Shown in pieces: positions 61,637 through 64,000 of a DNA stretch of 64,000 nucleotides. Source of the DNA: an uncultured Chloroflexia bacterium (GTDB lineage Bacteria; Chloroflexota; Limnocylindria; Limnocylindrales; CSP1-4); the NCBI GenBank assembly GCA_963819655.1, contig CAWFXA010000002.1, positions 32,001 through 96,000 on the forward strand, read 5' to 3'. The notes under the pieces are model-generated. The model had not been told where the DNA came from. It made no database searches and saw only the letters and a program-made list of their open reading frames with translations. The position numbers and the translations under genes were made by a program. Position 1 is the stretch's first letter, and each line of letters starts with the position of its first letter.

Positions 61637-62740
61637 ATGACCTACCCGCCCTCGACGCTTGCGCGCGACCGCCGCTCGCTGAGCCTGCCGGACCTCGCCT
61701 CGGTCGATGTCTCGAGACTCCGCTCGATCCGATTGCTGGGGCTGGCCGTCATCGGCCTGGCCGGGCTGGTCGTGCTGCTCCTGGTCCGCACGACCGGCGG
61801 GACGCCGAATCCCCTGACCTACCTGGGCTATCTGCCCGTGCTTCTCGGCGCCTACATCTTCGGGCTGCCCGGCGGCCTCCTGAGCGCGCTGTATGTCGGG
61901 ATCCTGCTCGGACCCGTCGCACCCGCGCTCGGTCTGCCAGGCAGCCAGGAGAGCATCGAGGCGTCCGTGGTGCGCGGCGCGATCCTGGTGATCGCCGGTG
62001 CGACCACGGGTGCCATGTTCGATCGGGTGCGGAGCAACCTCGTCGACATGCGCTCGGTCACCATCGAAGTCGTCGATCGACAGCGCGACGGGATGGTCGC
62101 CCTCGCGCGCGGTGCGGAGGCGAAGGACACCGACACGGGCGACCACGTCGTGCGCATCCAGGACATCGCCACCGAGCTGGCGCTCGCGACCGGCCTGGCG
62201 TCGGACACCGCGGCCGGCATCGGTTGGTCCGCGATGCTGCACGACATCGGCAAGATCCACGTCCCGGACCGGATCCTGCTCAAGCCGGGCCCGCTCGACC
62301 GCGCCGAGTGGGAGATCATGCGGCTCCACCCGGTGTGGGGCGACGAGATCCTGGCGCAGGGCGCCGGGTTCGAGGTGGCACGACGGATCGCGCGATCGCA
62401 TCACGAGAACTTCGACGGGTCCGGCTACCCCGATGGACTCGCCGGCGATGCCATCCCGCTCGAGGCCCGGATCGTGCGGCTGGCGGATGCCTTCGATGCC
62501 ATCACGCACGGCCGGCCGTACCAGGCCGCCCGACCCGTCGACCGGGCGCTCGAGGAGATCGACCGCCACGCTGGGACGCAATTCGATCCGCACCTGGCAC
62601 GACTCTTCGTCGACATGCTCAAGGGCGACCCGGCGCTGTGGTCTCGCCTCCAGCAGGCGCGCAAGCCGGACTGCTGGGAGAGCGCCTGGACGCCGGTGCC
62701 CGGTCCGTTCGGACACATCCAGGATGAGGCGTCCCGCTGA
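61637..62740 (+). CDS. Membrane-bound HD-GYP phosphodiesterase
   Basis: TM region, HDIGK, ILLKPGPL, HHENFDGSGYP, ADAFDA, RPY. Confidence 0.92.
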   Translation: MTYPPSTLARDRRSLSLPDLASVDVSRLRSIRLLGLAVIGLAGLVVLLLVRTTGGTPNPLTYLGYLPVLLGAYIFGLPGGLLSALYVGILLGPVAPALGLPGSQESIEASVVRGAILVIAGATTGAMFDRVRSNLVDMRSVTIEVVDRQRDGMVALARGAEAKDTDTGDHVVRIQDIATELALATGLASDTAAGIGWSAMLHDIGKIHVPDRILLKPGPLDRAEWEIMRLHPVWGDEILAQGAGFEVARRIARSHHENFDGSGYPDGLAGDAIPLEARIVRLADAFDAITHGRPYQAARPVDRALEEIDRHAGTQFDPHLARLFVDMLKGDPALWSRLQQARKPDCWESAWTPVPGPFGHIQDEASR

Positions 62741-62780
62741 GCGCTTGAGATCCGCGCGCACCGGCCTACATCTGGTGGGT

Positions 62781-63206
62781 TCAGCCGTCCTTTCGGCGCG
62801 CCTTGAGCGCTTGCGCGTAACTGTCGCGGAGCCGCTCGAACTCCATCATGAGTGACTCGGCCTCCGACGAGCCGGGCTCCGCGGTGTTCATCCTCTGCTC
62901 GATCGCCCGCCACTCCTCGAGGATGCTCGCGAGCTCCCGGGCCGGGCGCATGTTCTCGATGGGCGGCAACGAGGCGGTCGTCGACTCGCGGACGATCTCC
63001 TGCGCGGTCCGCTCCTCTTGGTGCGCGAGCTCGACGACGACCTCGGCGGCGATCCTCACGGCTCGCGCGTGTTCGAGGAAGGACGGGTCGGCCGGCCGCA
63101 TGCCGCGCTTCCGTCGCTCGCGTGCGTCGGTCTCGGCGATCGCTTGGATCAACTGATCGGAGGTCGCGCGCAGGATCGCCATCTCGTCGGACAGGTCGTC
63201 TGTCAC
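62781..63206 (-). CDS. Hypothetical helical protein
   Basis: GGAGG RBS before GTG, natural composition. Confidence 0.65.
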   Translation of the reverse strand: MTDDLSDEMAILRATSDQLIQAIAETDARERRKRGMRPADPSFLEHARAVRIAAEVVVELAHQEERTAQEIVRESTTASLPPIENMRPARELASILEEWRAIEQRMNTAEPGSSEAESLMMEFERLRDSYAQALKARRKDG

Positions 63207-63411
63207 TCGCGTCCCTCCGTCTCTCGGTGCCGTGCCCCAAGAGGGTACTCCCCGGGTTGGTACCTCCGGGTCGTTGCCCGGATGCACCGGGGCGCCCACT
63301 CTCCCGGCACGGGTCCCGTGTTGCTCCCATCACTGGGGGATCGGTCGAGCGCCGGGGCCCTAACCCTCCTTGAGCGCCGATCACAGGGGTTGGCACGGAT
63401 ACCCTCTGCGG

Positions 63412-64000
63412 ATGGCCTCGTCCCGTCTCCAGCGCGCCTGGTCGTGGCTGATCACGCCACCGACCGACCCGATCGTCGACGAGGATCGACGCACGACGGA
63501 TCTCGTCGGCCTCAGGCTGCCGGCGCGCGCCTCGGTCGCCGTCGCGGTGACGACGATGGTCCTCCTGATCGACATCTCGCGGGTGCTCCTGCCCAGTGCC
63601 GTCGTCCAGCTCGGGCGCGCGCCGGACGCCCTGCGCGCGATCGCCCTGGAACGAGTGGTGCTCTTCGCGCTCGTGCCGTTGGCGGTAATCCTGCTCGGCT
63701 TCCGCGACCGGCCGGCGCGCTACGGCTGGACGCTCGGGGACGGACGCGCGGGCGCTGTTCTCAGCGTGGCCGGCTGCATCCTGATGACCCCGATCGTGCT
63801 GTGGTTCGCGACCATGCCGGACGTCCGGGCCTACTACGCGGCCAGCGCAGCGCCGCTGCCGGACATCGTCCTCACCAACGTCATCGATCTGACGACAGCC
63901 GAATTCCTTTTCCGCGGCTTCCTGATGCTGACGCTCGTCCGAGCCATCGGCCCGATCGGGGTGCTCATCGCCGTGATGCCGTTCGCGTTCGCCCACGTCG
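63412..64000 (+). CDS. CPBP family intramembrane protease, runs off window end
   Basis: TM segments, AEFLFRGFL, PFAFAH. Confidence 0.75.
   Translation, partial: MASSRLQRAWSWLITPPTDPIVDEDRRTTDLVGLRLPARASVAVAVTTMVLLIDISRVLLPSAVVQLGRAPDALRAIALERVVLFALVPLAVILLGFRDRPARYGWTLGDGRAGAVLSVAGCILMTPIVLWFATMPDVRAYYAASAAPLPDIVLTNVIDLTTAEFLFRGFLMLTLVRAIGPIGVLIAVMPFAFAHV

Noticed and set aside
60-63996. Many long Arg/Pro/Ala-rich ORFs overlapping the called genes
   Set aside because: Shadow frames typical of high-GC DNA, with no recognisable motifs.

Overview
High-GC bacterial sequence that appears to be two genomes joined at about 4849. Bases 1-4848 are dense with frameshifts and carry (TTGGGAG)n inverted-repeat elements between genes; they encode a DapA-like lyase, an MFS transporter, adk, an SGNH hydrolase and a 22-codon stub of a MetE-like gene. 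Bases 4849-64000 are much cleaner and resemble Chloroflexota of the Limnocylindria/Ellin6529 type (inference from gene style only). This part holds gltB-amtB, a LiaF-like/PspC envelope-stress operon, tRNA-Lys(UUU), a proline dehydrogenase/aminotransferase/glyoxylate reductase operon, and a split cytochrome b6-type Rieske/cytb operon led by a GltD/NfnB-like flavo-FeS enzyme and ending in a cytochrome c-cupredoxin fusion and a Kelch membrane protein. It also holds an HTH-GAF-GGDEF cyclase, an amino-acid ABC transporter, a WYL regulator/CAP/HD-dNTPase locus, an XRE-HTH + PD-(D/E)XK nuclease gene, a nicotinate-type Mo hydroxylase/enamidase cluster with an LLM oxidoreductase, tRNA-Arg(UCG) and an HD-GYP gene. 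The main candidate novelty is a structured 122-bp-period palindromic repeat directly behind the HTH-nuclease gene that recurs as a tandem orphan array beside tRNA-Lys 31 kb away. All calls come from reading motifs by eye; no searches were run.
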